A DNA stretch of 20,000 bases from an uncultured Pseudomonadota bacterium (lineage in GTDB: Bacteria; Babelota; Babeliae; Babelales; JAUPTZ01): positions 181,776 through 201,775 of the forward strand of contig CAYSBJ010000001.1 of the NCBI GenBank assembly GCA_964429275.1, read 5' to 3'. Positions 1 to 8,746 of the stretch are shown piece by piece. How positions within the stretch are numbered: position 1 is the stretch's first letter; the number at the start of each line of letters is the position of its first letter. A program made the translations under genes and the position numbers. A model generated the notes under the pieces. That model searched no databases. It had not been told where the DNA came from and saw only the letters and a list, made by a program, of their open reading frames with translations.

Positions 1-1593
1 ATGTTCTAACTCTTCCTGCGTCTTTGCGGCGATTTTTTGCATGAGTGGCACATCGATATTGATGCCGAACTCTTCCATTTCCCACAAGAGGCGCGAAAGC
101 GGGAGCTCTACGTTGTCATACAGGCTTTGAAGAGCCGGGTCTTGCGCCAATTTTTTGGATAGTATCTTAAATAACTGCCAGGTTTGGCGGGCATCATTGG
201 CTGCATACTGACTTGCAGGGATTATTTCGATATCAGCAAAGGTTTTTTTTCCTTTTACTAACGCCTCGTACTCAACCATTTCTTCATGGAGATGTCGACT
301 TGAAAGAGCTTTGAGTCCAATGCTTTCGTTGCCAGTGCGGAGTAAGCTTGCGATGATGAGGGTATCGCCGATGACGCCATTGAGATGGATGCCATAGCGG
401 GCAAAGCCGGCCTGATCAAATTTGGTATTGTGGAACACTTTGGGGATGGAAGGGCTGCTCAGGAGTGGTTCTAATGCGTTCAGAACGGTCTCGCGTGGTA
501 GCTGATCTTCTCCAGTTTTGTGACCAAAAGGGATGTAGTAGCCTTCGGTTTCATTAAAAGCGCAGGAAACGCCAACTACTTCATCGCGGAATGGCTGTAG
601 TGAAGTGGTCTCAGTGTCAAAAGCGATGCACGACTCTTGCTTGAGTTTGTCGATGAGGGTTGCGAGTTGTGCGGTTGTAGTTACCAGATGAGCCGTGAAC
701 TGTGGTGCTGGAAGCTGTTGCTCGCTGTGAGGAAGTGCAGTGGGCATACCAGTGACTCCGTTCGGAAGGAATGGGCGCATCTCGTACCGCCTGAAGAAAG
801 AGGCTGCCTCGATCCATTTGCTTTTGTCGTAGAGGCTTTGCGCCCCATCAAAATGGGTGGCATGGTATCGTAGTGTAAAGAGAGATGCACTTAAAAACGC
901 CTCCTCTTTGCTTGCCGTTAAAAGTTCCTGAACTCGTTTGGGTGTTACGGTAGCTAGCGATGCATAGAGATTTTCGATGGAATGGTAATGCTGCGCCAGT
1001 GCTTGCGCTGTTTTTGCCCCAATCCCTTTTACACCAGGAATATTGTCAGAACTATCGCCAAGAAGGGCGTGATAGAGCAGCAGATCTTCCGGTGCAAACT
1101 GGCGTTCGGCGATAAACGATTCATGAGTTATGGTCGCTTGCTTAAATGGATCGAAGATGCTTACGTGTCCATCGAGGAGTTGGTGTAGATCTTTGTCGCC
1201 GGTGACAACAACGATCGGGACGCCTTCGTGCTCGCGTATAAGGGAGTACATGATATCATCTGCTTCCAGGCCTGGCTTGGCGAGTTGTGCGACGCCGATT
1301 GTGGTAATGAACTCTATGATGGCTTCTTTTTGGGTGATCAGATCGCTTGGTGGGGTCTGGCGTGTTGCCTTGTAGGCTGGGTATTCGGCATGGCGGATTG
1401 TTGGTCCTTTGCTGTCCCATACTACGATGAGATTTTTTGGGTCGAGGTCATCAGTGATCTTTTTGAGGGTGCGGCAAAATCCATAAATAGCATGGGTCGC
1501 CATGCCACTGGTGGTATGGAGCGGTTTTACCCCGTAATACGAGCGATAGAGGAGTGATGACGCGTCAATGATGTAAAGAGCGGTTGGTTTCAT
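1..1593 (-). CDS. polA: DNA polymerase I, N-terminal 531 aa (5'-3' exonuclease, 3'-5' exonuclease, start of polymerase domain); continues beyond the window edge
   Basis: Absent from the ORF track, so translated by hand from the ATG at 1593: MKPTALYIIDASSLLYRSYYG...YPAYKATR...GLEADD...VTGDKDLHQL...LLGDSSDNIPGVKGIGAKTA (5'-3' exo/HhH). ExoI FDTETT, ExoII HNTKFD, ExoIII YAANDA, then VELPLSRLLWEMEEFGI. Open to base 1. Confidence 0.97.
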   Translation of the reverse strand, partial: MKPTALYIIDASSLLYRSYYGVKPLHTTSGMATHAIYGFCRTLKKITDDLDPKNLIVVWDSKGPTIRHAEYPAYKATRQTPPSDLITQKEAIIEFITTIGVAQLAKPGLEADDIMYSLIREHEGVPIVVVTGDKDLHQLLDGHVSIFDPFKQATITHESFIAERQFAPEDLLLYHALLGDSSDNIPGVKGIGAKTAQALAQHYHSIENLYASLATVTPKRVQELLTASKEEAFLSASLFTLRYHATHFDGAQSLYDKSKWIEAASFFRRYEMRPFLPNGVTGMPTALPHSEQQLPAPQFTAHLVTTTAQLATLIDKLKQESCIAFDTETTSLQPFRDEVVGVSCAFNETEGYYIPFGHKTGEDQLPRETVLNALEPLLSSPSIPKVFHNTKFDQAGFARYGIHLNGVIGDTLIIASLLRTGNESIGLKALSSRHLHEEMVEYEALVKGKKTFADIEIIPASQYAANDARQTWQLFKILSKKLAQDPALQSLYDNVELPLSRLLWEMEEFGINIDVPLMQKIAAKTQEELEH

Positions 1594-1613
1594 AAAAAAT
1601 CCTCGTACTATTT

Positions 1614-1645
1614 TTGCCAGCGGCCAGTTGTTTGGGTAGTATAAT
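1614..1645 (+). promoter_or_regulatory. Putative sigma70 promoter for ruvX
   Basis: TTGCCA (1614-1619), 17 nt, TAGTAT (1637-1642), overlapping TATAAT (1640-1645). GGGAGG RBS at 1675-1680. Confidence 0.5.
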
Positions 1646-1686
1646 GCGTCTTTAGTATTTTTGCTAAAACCATAGGGAGGTTTGTG

Positions 1687-2130
1687 ATGCGCATATTAGC
1701 GTTAGATTTAGGTGATGTGTGGGTGGGGACTGCCCTCTCTGACCCACTGGGCATTGTGTGTCGCCCTCTTAAGACAGTAAAGCGCAAGGAATTAGTCGAT
1801 TTTTTAAAGAAAGTTCTCCCTGAGCATGACGTCAGTATGGTTCTGGTTGGTTTGCCGGCAGGAGCACGCGGGGAGGAAACTGAGCAAAGCAAAAAAACAC
1901 GCACATTCTTTGTTGCCTGCCAGGAGCAATTCCCTTCGGTGACGTGGGAGCTTCTTGATGAGTATTTAACGAGTCAGTTAGCAACGAGCCATCAACAAAC
2001 AGTGAAACGCCAGAAATTAAGCAGCCAGAGTAAGCTTGAATCACATTCTTTGGCCGCCGCTTTTTTGCTAAAAGACTATCTTTATAGCCGTCGATCTATC
2101 GAGGAAGAAGACGATCGCATTATTGATTAA
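1687..2130 (+). CDS. ruvX: Holliday junction resolvase-like / pre-16S rRNA nuclease RuvX (YqgF)
   Basis: MRILALDLGDVWVGTALSDPLG, VLVGLP, LLDEYLTS, AAAFLL motifs. ATG 1687 is better spaced from GGGAGG than GTG 1684. Confidence 0.93.
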   Translation: MRILALDLGDVWVGTALSDPLGIVCRPLKTVKRKELVDFLKKVLPEHDVSMVLVGLPAGARGEETEQSKKTRTFFVACQEQFPSVTWELLDEYLTSQLATSHQQTVKRQKLSSQSKLESHSLAAAFLLKDYLYSRRSIEEEDDRIID

Positions 2131-2233
2131 CAAATGTGTTTACTCTTGTGCGAATCTCTTCATAGTATGCGCCCGGCAGTGATGCCGATCTGTTGTTTTT
2201 ATCCACGTATATATATCGCAAGAGGATAGTACT

Positions 2234-2416
2234 ATGAAGTGCCCTAAGTGTACTGGCATGATGGTGATGCAATCGTTTTTCAACCAATCGGTAAATTTCG
2301 AAGGGTGGAAATGCTTAAATTGTGGTAATGTAATAGAGAAGAAGAAGGTAACCATCAAGACGGACGTCTTTGGTGCATTTTATCAACGCCAAAAAATAAA
2401 AGATGAAAACAGCTAG
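2234..2416 (+). CDS. Small Zn-ribbon protein (CxxC-x20-CxxC), 60 aa
   Basis: MKCPKC...WKCLNCG. AGAGGA RBS at 2221-2226. Overlaps the tsaB start by 14 nt. Confidence 0.8.
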   Translation: MKCPKCTGMMVMQSFFNQSVNFEGWKCLNCGNVIEKKKVTIKTDVFGAFYQRQKIKDENS

Positions 2417-3113
2417 AAATCAAAAGATCTTAGCCCTTTACGGGTCGTATCAGGAGCTCATTGTTGGTTTATTTGACGGTAGCACGTGCGTAGCGCAGCT
2501 GCATGCGGAGAGCCAGCGACTGAGCTCTTATCTTTTGGTGGCCATTCAAGAAGTGCTGCAGAAGGCGGCATGGCAATTAAGTGACTTGAGTTTTATTGCC
2601 GTTGATCAGGGCCCGGGTTCGTTCAACAGTCTGCGCGCAATGCTGGCTACTATAAATGGCCTTGCTTATGCAAGCGGGATACCGTTGGTTGGCTGTGACG
2701 GCCTAACGGTTTTGGCCGATGCACTTATGGCGGCGAGCGATCGATCGGCCTCGCAGCTTCACATCGTGCTTTTAAATGCTTATAACAGCGAGCTTTATTA
2801 TCGCATAGAGCACGTTTTTTCTGATGGTAAGCGCGTGCTTGTATGCCCACCGGGCTATGCGACCATTCAAGATGTTGCAGCAAAAATAACCCAGGCTTCT
2901 GTGGATAAAAAATCGTTGCTGTATGCCGGCAACGGATATTCGCTTTTAATCGAGCAAGCTCCTGAATTAGCGGGTGAGTTTATGAAGGCAGAGCCATCTG
3001 AAATTATCACCTGCCTTGTGCATCATGCTGTAGAGCAAAAAAAGGCTGGCACATCATCTGAATCATTGCAGGCTCTTTATTTGAAGGCACCGACCTACAA
3101 AAAAGTGTCCTAA
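2403..3113 (+). CDS. tsaB: tRNA threonylcarbamoyladenosine biosynthesis protein TsaB (YeaZ)
   Basis: LSDLSFIAVDQGPGSFNSLR...NGLAYASGIPLVG, LNAYNSELY, C-terminal LQALYLK; about 236 aa. Confidence 0.9.
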   Translation: MKTARNQKILALYGSYQELIVGLFDGSTCVAQLHAESQRLSSYLLVAIQEVLQKAAWQLSDLSFIAVDQGPGSFNSLRAMLATINGLAYASGIPLVGCDGLTVLADALMAASDRSASQLHIVLLNAYNSELYYRIEHVFSDGKRVLVCPPGYATIQDVAAKITQASVDKKSLLYAGNGYSLLIEQAPELAGEFMKAEPSEIITCLVHHAVEQKKAGTSSESLQALYLKAPTYKKVS

Positions 3114-3515
3114 AATCGATAAAAATAGCTGTCAGTATGCAATCTTGCTACTTGTAGCCTTCTTTTTTTTGTGACAAGACCACTTGCTTTAAAACCATGT
3201 AAAAGCTCTTCTGTGGCGCGGTAACTCTACTTTTTTACTCTTTTGAGAAACGACATGTGTTTCTAAATTTGCAACACGCTCATTCTTGTGGTTTAGTGGG
3301 CGTACCCATTGGTTATTACAAACCGAATCAATATGAAACAGTTTTGTTTTGTGGTTAGGGTATGGTTGTAAGGGCAATAGAATGATTCGGTGGTGTAGGT
3401 TTCTGTAGCATGGCTGGTTTATGAACTCAGAAGTGGCAAAGGCTTATCACTGCTCCGTGACGATATATATTCTATTGATACTTGCGTGTTGTTCAATTAA
3501 GAGCTGAGGATCGTC

Positions 3516-5267
3516 ATGGTTAGTATTATCAATATTAAGCAATCTGTGTTTTTGAGTGTATTTCTATTTTTTAGTTTATTGAGTGTCACTGGTGAGGCAG
3601 CAGCGGTAGAGCAATCTCACGTTGAATCTGGAGAGGTACTGTTGCCAGCTCTTGTAAATAATTTTCGGCAGGAACTTCACGTGTGCGGTAGTCGTCCGGA
3701 ATTTAAAAGGCGTGTTGGGAATCATAAAGTGGTTGTTTCCTCGTATGTCGACTATATCAAGGGCAGCAAGTGCGATGTATATATGTTTTTTGACGAGTGG
3801 CGTAGATCCGAATCAACTACTCATAGTGCGGGTTGGCAGTGTAATTGGAGCCCGCGCGGAAGCCGCCCTGAGGATAAGGAAAATTGGTGCGCGATTCGTG
3901 TTGATGACTCGCACACCCTTTTTGTGCCTGTAGAATATAGAAAGCGTTTTGCTGAAGACCTTTGCGAGTCTGATGCATCTCGCCTTGATAGTCCCGATAA
4001 AGAAGGATTTCTCGGCTTAGGAAGCTATAAACGTAAGACCTCTTTAAAGTCCAAAATGGAGCGGGCAGGGAAGAGGCTGCTAGGTGACGGCGCGCGAGCG
4101 CAAGAGCGCCTTTTTTTTGGAGTTTGCTCATTAGTATGTGCGGTGGTATTTGATGCGGTTTTCATACCGTACAAGAACGGTTTTCGCAACGATTATTTAC
4201 TGTTTCCTGCGGAAAACAATGTGGTTTCTAAGCTTTTATTCGATCCTGAAGTTTATTCGATTAATTTTGCCATCTCTAATGATATTCATCCGCTGCAATG
4301 CCACGTTATGGCACTTTTGGTAGATGACTGGGTTAAGCACAAGGGACTTTCAAAGGAGAGTGCTCGAAAGGTATTGCGCTCCCTTGATAGGGATCATTCT
4401 GCTCCAACAGCAATCCACTTATATGCTGAGTACGCCGATGAAGAGCATTACTCAGCAGAGCTTGCTGACGCAGCAACTGTTCGCTCTAGAGCTGATGATT
4501 TAAAGCGGTATGTAGCTGTTTTGTTCCGTGGAGCTCAGAGTGGCGCAGAGGGGGGGATCACGTCTTCTGTTTCCTTTGAGCGAAGTTTGGATCCTCTCGC
4601 TGATATAGTGAGAAAGGTGAAGGGCGAAGGGCCTCGTTGTCGGATACTTGGCACTCTTTTTCAGCTTGCTGATGAAGCAGTTGAGCAGAATTGGGCAGTG
4701 GGGTCGATTATTACGTGGCGTGCATTAGCTATGCTGAGCTTTTTGAGTCGGTATGATGAGGTTGTTGAGAGAGTTGTAAATCTTCTTCAGGCGGTTTACG
4801 ACCGTCCTGTCACCACAGACGAGGGGCAAAAGAAGAGCGAAGTTGGCCGGCTTCTTGCTAGTACGAGAGGGCGAGCGCTTGAGGCTCGATTGAAACGTGA
4901 GGAGGCTGAGGCTCAGCTCCTCAGTGTGAAAACTCGTAAAGAAGCAGAAGAAGCGGCGCAAGAAAAGGAGCGTGCAAGGGCAGCCCGAGCGAAGGGCACA
5001 CGGCGCCCCGTACAACAATCAGGCTCTTTTGATGGTGTAACTGTCGGTCTGGACAAGCCCCTCTTATCTGATATGGGCGGGCTTTTGGATATCTCTCTTG
5101 ATAGTACTACGCTCGATACCTCTTCTACGCGGACATCGACGTCCGGTGAGGGATCGATATCATCTGGCTCACCACACTCATTGCCTCGCAAAGTTGATAC
5201 CATGGCTATTGATGAGTTATCTGATGATGAGTCGGCGGCCTTGCTGAGGCCTGCTGAAGTTGTCTAA
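3516..5267 (+). CDS. Hypothetical exported protein, 583 aa, with coiled coil and Ser/Thr/acidic tail
   Basis: Long ORF with GAGGA RBS. N-terminal hydrophobic stretch ending in AAA, a charged helical segment (LEARLKREEAEAQ...AAQEKERARAARAK) and a downstream terminator. Confidence 0.8.
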   Translation: MVSIINIKQSVFLSVFLFFSLLSVTGEAAAVEQSHVESGEVLLPALVNNFRQELHVCGSRPEFKRRVGNHKVVVSSYVDYIKGSKCDVYMFFDEWRRSESTTHSAGWQCNWSPRGSRPEDKENWCAIRVDDSHTLFVPVEYRKRFAEDLCESDASRLDSPDKEGFLGLGSYKRKTSLKSKMERAGKRLLGDGARAQERLFFGVCSLVCAVVFDAVFIPYKNGFRNDYLLFPAENNVVSKLLFDPEVYSINFAISNDIHPLQCHVMALLVDDWVKHKGLSKESARKVLRSLDRDHSAPTAIHLYAEYADEEHYSAELADAATVRSRADDLKRYVAVLFRGAQSGAEGGITSSVSFERSLDPLADIVRKVKGEGPRCRILGTLFQLADEAVEQNWAVGSIITWRALAMLSFLSRYDEVVERVVNLLQAVYDRPVTTDEGQKKSEVGRLLASTRGRALEARLKREEAEAQLLSVKTRKEAEEAAQEKERARAARAKGTRRPVQQSGSFDGVTVGLDKPLLSDMGGLLDISLDSTTLDTSSTRTSTSGEGSISSGSPHSLPRKVDTMAIDELSDDESAALLRPAEVV

Positions 5268-5290
5268 GCGTACCCGCTTATAATCTTAAG

Positions 5291-5326
5291 AAAGGGGCCG
5301 GAGTGAATAATCTGGCCCCTTTTTTT
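5291..5326 (+). terminator. Rho-independent terminator
   Basis: AAAGGGGCCGGA-gtgaataa-TCTGGCCCCTTT stem followed by a T run, 24 nt after the stop at 5267. Confidence 0.85.
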
Positions 5327-5408
5327 GTACGGCATCCGTGTGTTTTGCCGTTTTTTCCTAAATTGGATGACGATGACAGACAGTTTTGCTTGGTTTTAAC
5401 AGCGGTTG

Positions 5409-5437
5409 TTGACACTCGGCGATATAACTCGTAGGCT
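5409..5437 (+). promoter_or_regulatory. Putative sigma70 promoter
   Basis: TTGACA (5409-5414), 17 nt, TAGGCT (5432-5437). AGGAGG RBS at 5463-5468. Confidence 0.55.
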
Positions 5438-5473
5438 GACTTGCTCATGATTAATGAATCATAGGAGGATCGT

Positions 5474-6250
5474 ATGAGTAAAAAATGGTATATCGTTGCT
5501 GCCAGCTTTTTTATTATTTTTGCCTCTGGGTCGGCCCAGGCAAAGGAAAATCTGTTACCAAGATTCAAGCAAAAATTAGTCGAAACCTTTCGTGCCGCCG
5601 ATGAGCAGTGCGAGGCTTTGCGTACCCTTGTAGAGCACAAAGGGGTTAAGTTAGAAGAGTTATCGATGGAAGAAGTCGAAGAGACCACTAATAAGCTTAA
5701 ATCGTATATTGATCGCCTAATGAACCTCCAGCACGACATGGGGGGGCTGACAGAGGAAGAAAGTCGTCTGCTGGTGCTTGCCCAAGAGTTGCTTCATCAG
5801 TTGACGAATGCTCGAATCTCGTATACCCAAAAAATTAATACCGACACTTCCGTGAAGAAAATTGCTATCTCGGTCGGGGCTGGTGTTGCCGTTTTTGGTG
5901 GGTTAATGTTGCTAAATACTCTTACTTCGATCGATATTAGCGTAAGCGCGGCCTTGCTTTGTGGCTTAGCCACGGGCTGTATCGTTGGCATGGTAACGCA
6001 CTATGATTCCTTGCTTCACAGTGTTCGCTCGGTATCTGACTTGGTACAGGGCTCACTATCGCATGGTCCGGCATGGCGTGAGGGTCTGAAGTCAGCTGCT
6101 GCCATAGGAGTAGTTGCCGCGACTGCAGGCGTTTTGTACGTTAAGCGCGGCGCAGTCCTTGACTGTTTCTCTTTTAAGAAGCGAGCGCAGAAGTCCTTGG
6201 AGGCCATGATTCAGGACGCTGGTTTAACCGGCGATCGGCCTAGTTTCTAG
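5474..6250 (+). CDS. Hypothetical membrane protein, 258 aa: signal peptide, coiled coil, paired hydrophobic helices and a third TM segment
   Basis: MSKKWYIVAASFFIIFASGSAQA signal (AQA cleavage site), heptad-like LEELSMEEVEETTNKLKSYIDRL, hydrophobic segments, strong RBS. Confidence 0.82.
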   Translation: MSKKWYIVAASFFIIFASGSAQAKENLLPRFKQKLVETFRAADEQCEALRTLVEHKGVKLEELSMEEVEETTNKLKSYIDRLMNLQHDMGGLTEEESRLLVLAQELLHQLTNARISYTQKINTDTSVKKIAISVGAGVAVFGGLMLLNTLTSIDISVSAALLCGLATGCIVGMVTHYDSLLHSVRSVSDLVQGSLSHGPAWREGLKSAAAIGVVAATAGVLYVKRGAVLDCFSFKKRAQKSLEAMIQDAGLTGDRPSF

Positions 6251-6274
6251 TTAACACAATTCAAAATGTTGATT

Positions 6275-6823
6275 TTATGCTCTGGCCTGCGCGTTGTTAC
6301 GTGCATAGTACGCTTGGCTTGGTTGTGAATTTTCCAAACCATGTTCCAGTTGTATTGCATCAATTTTCCGTAAAGCCCATGTTTTTTTGATTTTCGAATT
6401 GCGATCTTGACCACAAATGAGCAAGTTGCGTGGCATCAGCATGTTCTCTGATACTCCCGCTGTTGTTGTAATTACTACGCAGCAGAGTTCAACTTGTGGA
6501 TAGCGCTTGCTTTCATAGATTGGGTCAACCATTTGGATTGATTCGATTTCACCCAGGTTTAATCTGCTTGTTGAGTTGTCGTTTTCTTTTTTTACCCCAT
6601 CAATCGTTGTGTCGCCGGCAAAAGAGAGTTTGGTTACTGGTATTTGCTGCTCACTATCGCTTATTGTGGCGTTATAGACCCCCTGATCAGCACCGAGCTC
6701 GATCCAATGTTGTTCTGTATCTTCTTTTGCTTTGCCTCCAGCATTGATGTCAAGATTGATGGTGGTGCTGGCGAGTGCAGCGAGTAAGATGATTAACAAC
6801 ATAAAAAGCCCTTTTCGTATCAT
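6275..6823 (-). CDS. Hypothetical exported protein, about 182 aa
   Basis: N-terminal MIRKGLFMLLIILLAALAS signal or anchor followed by a soluble beta-rich-looking domain. Fills the gap between flanking genes. Start could be the second Met. Confidence 0.72.
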   Translation of the reverse strand: MIRKGLFMLLIILLAALASTTINLDINAGGKAKEDTEQHWIELGADQGVYNATISDSEQQIPVTKLSFAGDTTIDGVKKENDNSTSRLNLGEIESIQMVDPIYESKRYPQVELCCVVITTTAGVSENMLMPRNLLICGQDRNSKIKKTWALRKIDAIQLEHGLENSQPSQAYYARNNAQARA

Positions 6824-6979
6824 ACAAAATAGTGATATTGATACCTTAGCAAATCCTAAAAAGGAGGGGCAATATATCGGTATCTACTGGCGAAAAAGCG
6901 CAGATTTCTTTGATACTAGTGTTCTTAATTGTAGCTTTAGTATAGTTGCTGCGTTATACATGCATTTGGGGAGAATAGG

Positions 6980-8746
6980 ATGGTATTACGCTTTTTTTTG
7001 CGTTTTGTACTGCGGTATCGGTGGCACCTATTGACTGTTGAGTTGCTCAACGTCGTATGGGGGATCACCGAAGCCTTTTCTCCTTACATTCTTAAATTAA
7101 TTGTTGATTCTTTAGAGCGCGGGCCAGAAGTAACGAGTGTCTCCTCTGTGTGGCTGCTTTTTGCTGCTTTGATTGGCGCTCTTATCGCTAAGCATGTTGT
7201 GCTCCGCGTGACTGATATCATAACTCATGGCTACATTAGTCCCTATGCACAGCGGGATATGCGGCAGGCAGCTCTTGCGTATGCAATGGGCCATTCTTTT
7301 GATTATTACCAGAAAAATTTATCCGGCAGCGTAACTGACAAGATCAATCAGTTGACCAAAAGTTTTGATCGGCTGTATGAGGGGTGGGCTCATTGGACAG
7401 TGCCCGTGCTTTGGTCCTTTCTTTTTTCTATTTTTCTTCTGGCGCAGACGAATGGTGTGTGCGCTGGATTGGTTGTGTTTTGGCTGATGTGTGCTATTGG
7501 ATTGAGTGTGTATCTTTCAGTGCATGGTATTTCGTATGCCGAAAAGTATGCGGCAGCACTCAATAACGTGGTTGGCTCAACGGTGAATGTTTTACAAAAT
7601 ATTTTTACCGTAAAAATGTTTGGACAGCAGAAAACTGAGCTCACGTTGATGGAGCGAAATCATAAAAAAGAAATTGGCGCGACTCAAAATCTTGAGTGGT
7701 TTTTATGCCGAGCTAATACTCTCTTATCGCTTGCCTGCATAGCGCTGTTGGTTGGTGTTTCTTGTATCTTGGTTGGTGCGTGGCAGCGTCATGTAATGAC
7801 TCCTGGTGATGTGACCTTTATTTTGGCAACCTGCTTTAACATGTTTAACCTTGTGTGGTGGCTGTCCTCTCATATTGCCAAGATGTACAAAGATTATGGT
7901 ATTGCACGAGAAGCGTATTCAATTATGAGTATGCCACACGAAATTAAGGATATCGCCAACGCTCTTCCCCTGAAGGTTACAAAGGGAGACATATCTTTTA
8001 AGAATGTTAACTTCAAGTACCAGGGGAATACTTCTGTCTTTTCTTTGTTGAATATACATATAAAATCAGGAGAAAAGGTCGGATTGGTAGGGGATTCGGG
8101 AAGCGGTAAGACAACATTTATTCATCTTTTAATGCGTTTTTTTGATGTCGCCGGGGGTACTATTTCGATTGATGGCCAAGATATCTCTCAAGTAACACAG
8201 GACTCTTTGCGAAATGCCATTGCATTGATTCCGCAGGAGACTCTCCTTTTTGCTCGCTCTGTTAAAGAAAATTTGCTCTATGCAAACCCGCATGCGTCTC
8301 AGGAAGATCTGACTCGTGTGATTGTCCAGACTCATGCGGAACAATTTATTCAGGAACTCCCAGATAAGGAGAATACCATGCTTGGTGAGCGAGGTGCTAA
8401 CTTAAGTGGAGGGCAACGTCAACGGATTGCGATTGCCCGTGCATTGCTCAAAAAGGCACCCATTCTTATTCTTGATGAAGCGACATCGGCCCTTGATTCA
8501 ATTACAGAGAAAGCAATAACACAAAGTCTCTATGCATTGATGGAAGGGCGTACGACTATTGCAATTGCACATCGATTGTCGACCTTGCAGCAGATGGATC
8601 GGTTGTTGGTTTTTGTTGATGGTGAAATTGTGGAAGAAGGTTCTCATGATCAGCTGATCATGAAGAAAGAAGGGCACTATGCTAAAATGTGGCAGCTTCA
8701 AGTGGGCAACATGATAGGTACTGACGACATTCGGGAGCGAGTATGA
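6980..8746 (+). CDS. ABC exporter, fused permease + ATPase (MdlB/ATM1/MsbA-like half transporter)
   Basis: N-terminal TM domain. Walker A GDSGSGKT, Q-loop IPQE, signature LSGGQRQR, Walker B/D-loop ILILDEATSALD, H-loop AHRLST. Confidence 0.95.
   Translation: MVLRFFLRFVLRYRWHLLTVELLNVVWGITEAFSPYILKLIVDSLERGPEVTSVSSVWLLFAALIGALIAKHVVLRVTDIITHGYISPYAQRDMRQAALAYAMGHSFDYYQKNLSGSVTDKINQLTKSFDRLYEGWAHWTVPVLWSFLFSIFLLAQTNGVCAGLVVFWLMCAIGLSVYLSVHGISYAEKYAAALNNVVGSTVNVLQNIFTVKMFGQQKTELTLMERNHKKEIGATQNLEWFLCRANTLLSLACIALLVGVSCILVGAWQRHVMTPGDVTFILATCFNMFNLVWWLSSHIAKMYKDYGIAREAYSIMSMPHEIKDIANALPLKVTKGDISFKNVNFKYQGNTSVFSLLNIHIKSGEKVGLVGDSGSGKTTFIHLLMRFFDVAGGTISIDGQDISQVTQDSLRNAIALIPQETLLFARSVKENLLYANPHASQEDLTRVIVQTHAEQFIQELPDKENTMLGERGANLSGGQRQRIAIARALLKKAPILILDEATSALDSITEKAITQSLYALMEGRTTIAIAHRLSTLQQMDRLLVFVDGEIVEEGSHDQLIMKKEGHYAKMWQLQVGNMIGTDDIRERV

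Noticed and set aside
617..1557. Short ORFs 617-817, 637-873, 681-890, 982-1188, 1130-1375, 1228-1557
   Set aside because: All are shadows of polA, which occupies 1-1593 on the minus strand.
2199..2207. Replication origin suggested by a DnaA-box-like 9-mer
   Set aside because: A single imperfect box with no cluster and no dnaA/dnaN context.
2140..2358. 72-aa minus-strand ORF
   Set aside because: Antisense to the Zn-ribbon gene, which has the RBS and the Cys motif.
3189..3377. 62-aa minus-strand ORF in the intergenic gap
   Set aside because: Non-ATG start, no clear RBS and no motif; cannot be supported.
5278..5739. 153-aa minus-strand ORF
   Set aside because: Antisense to the 258-aa gene and runs through its promoter and a terminator; no recognisable motifs.
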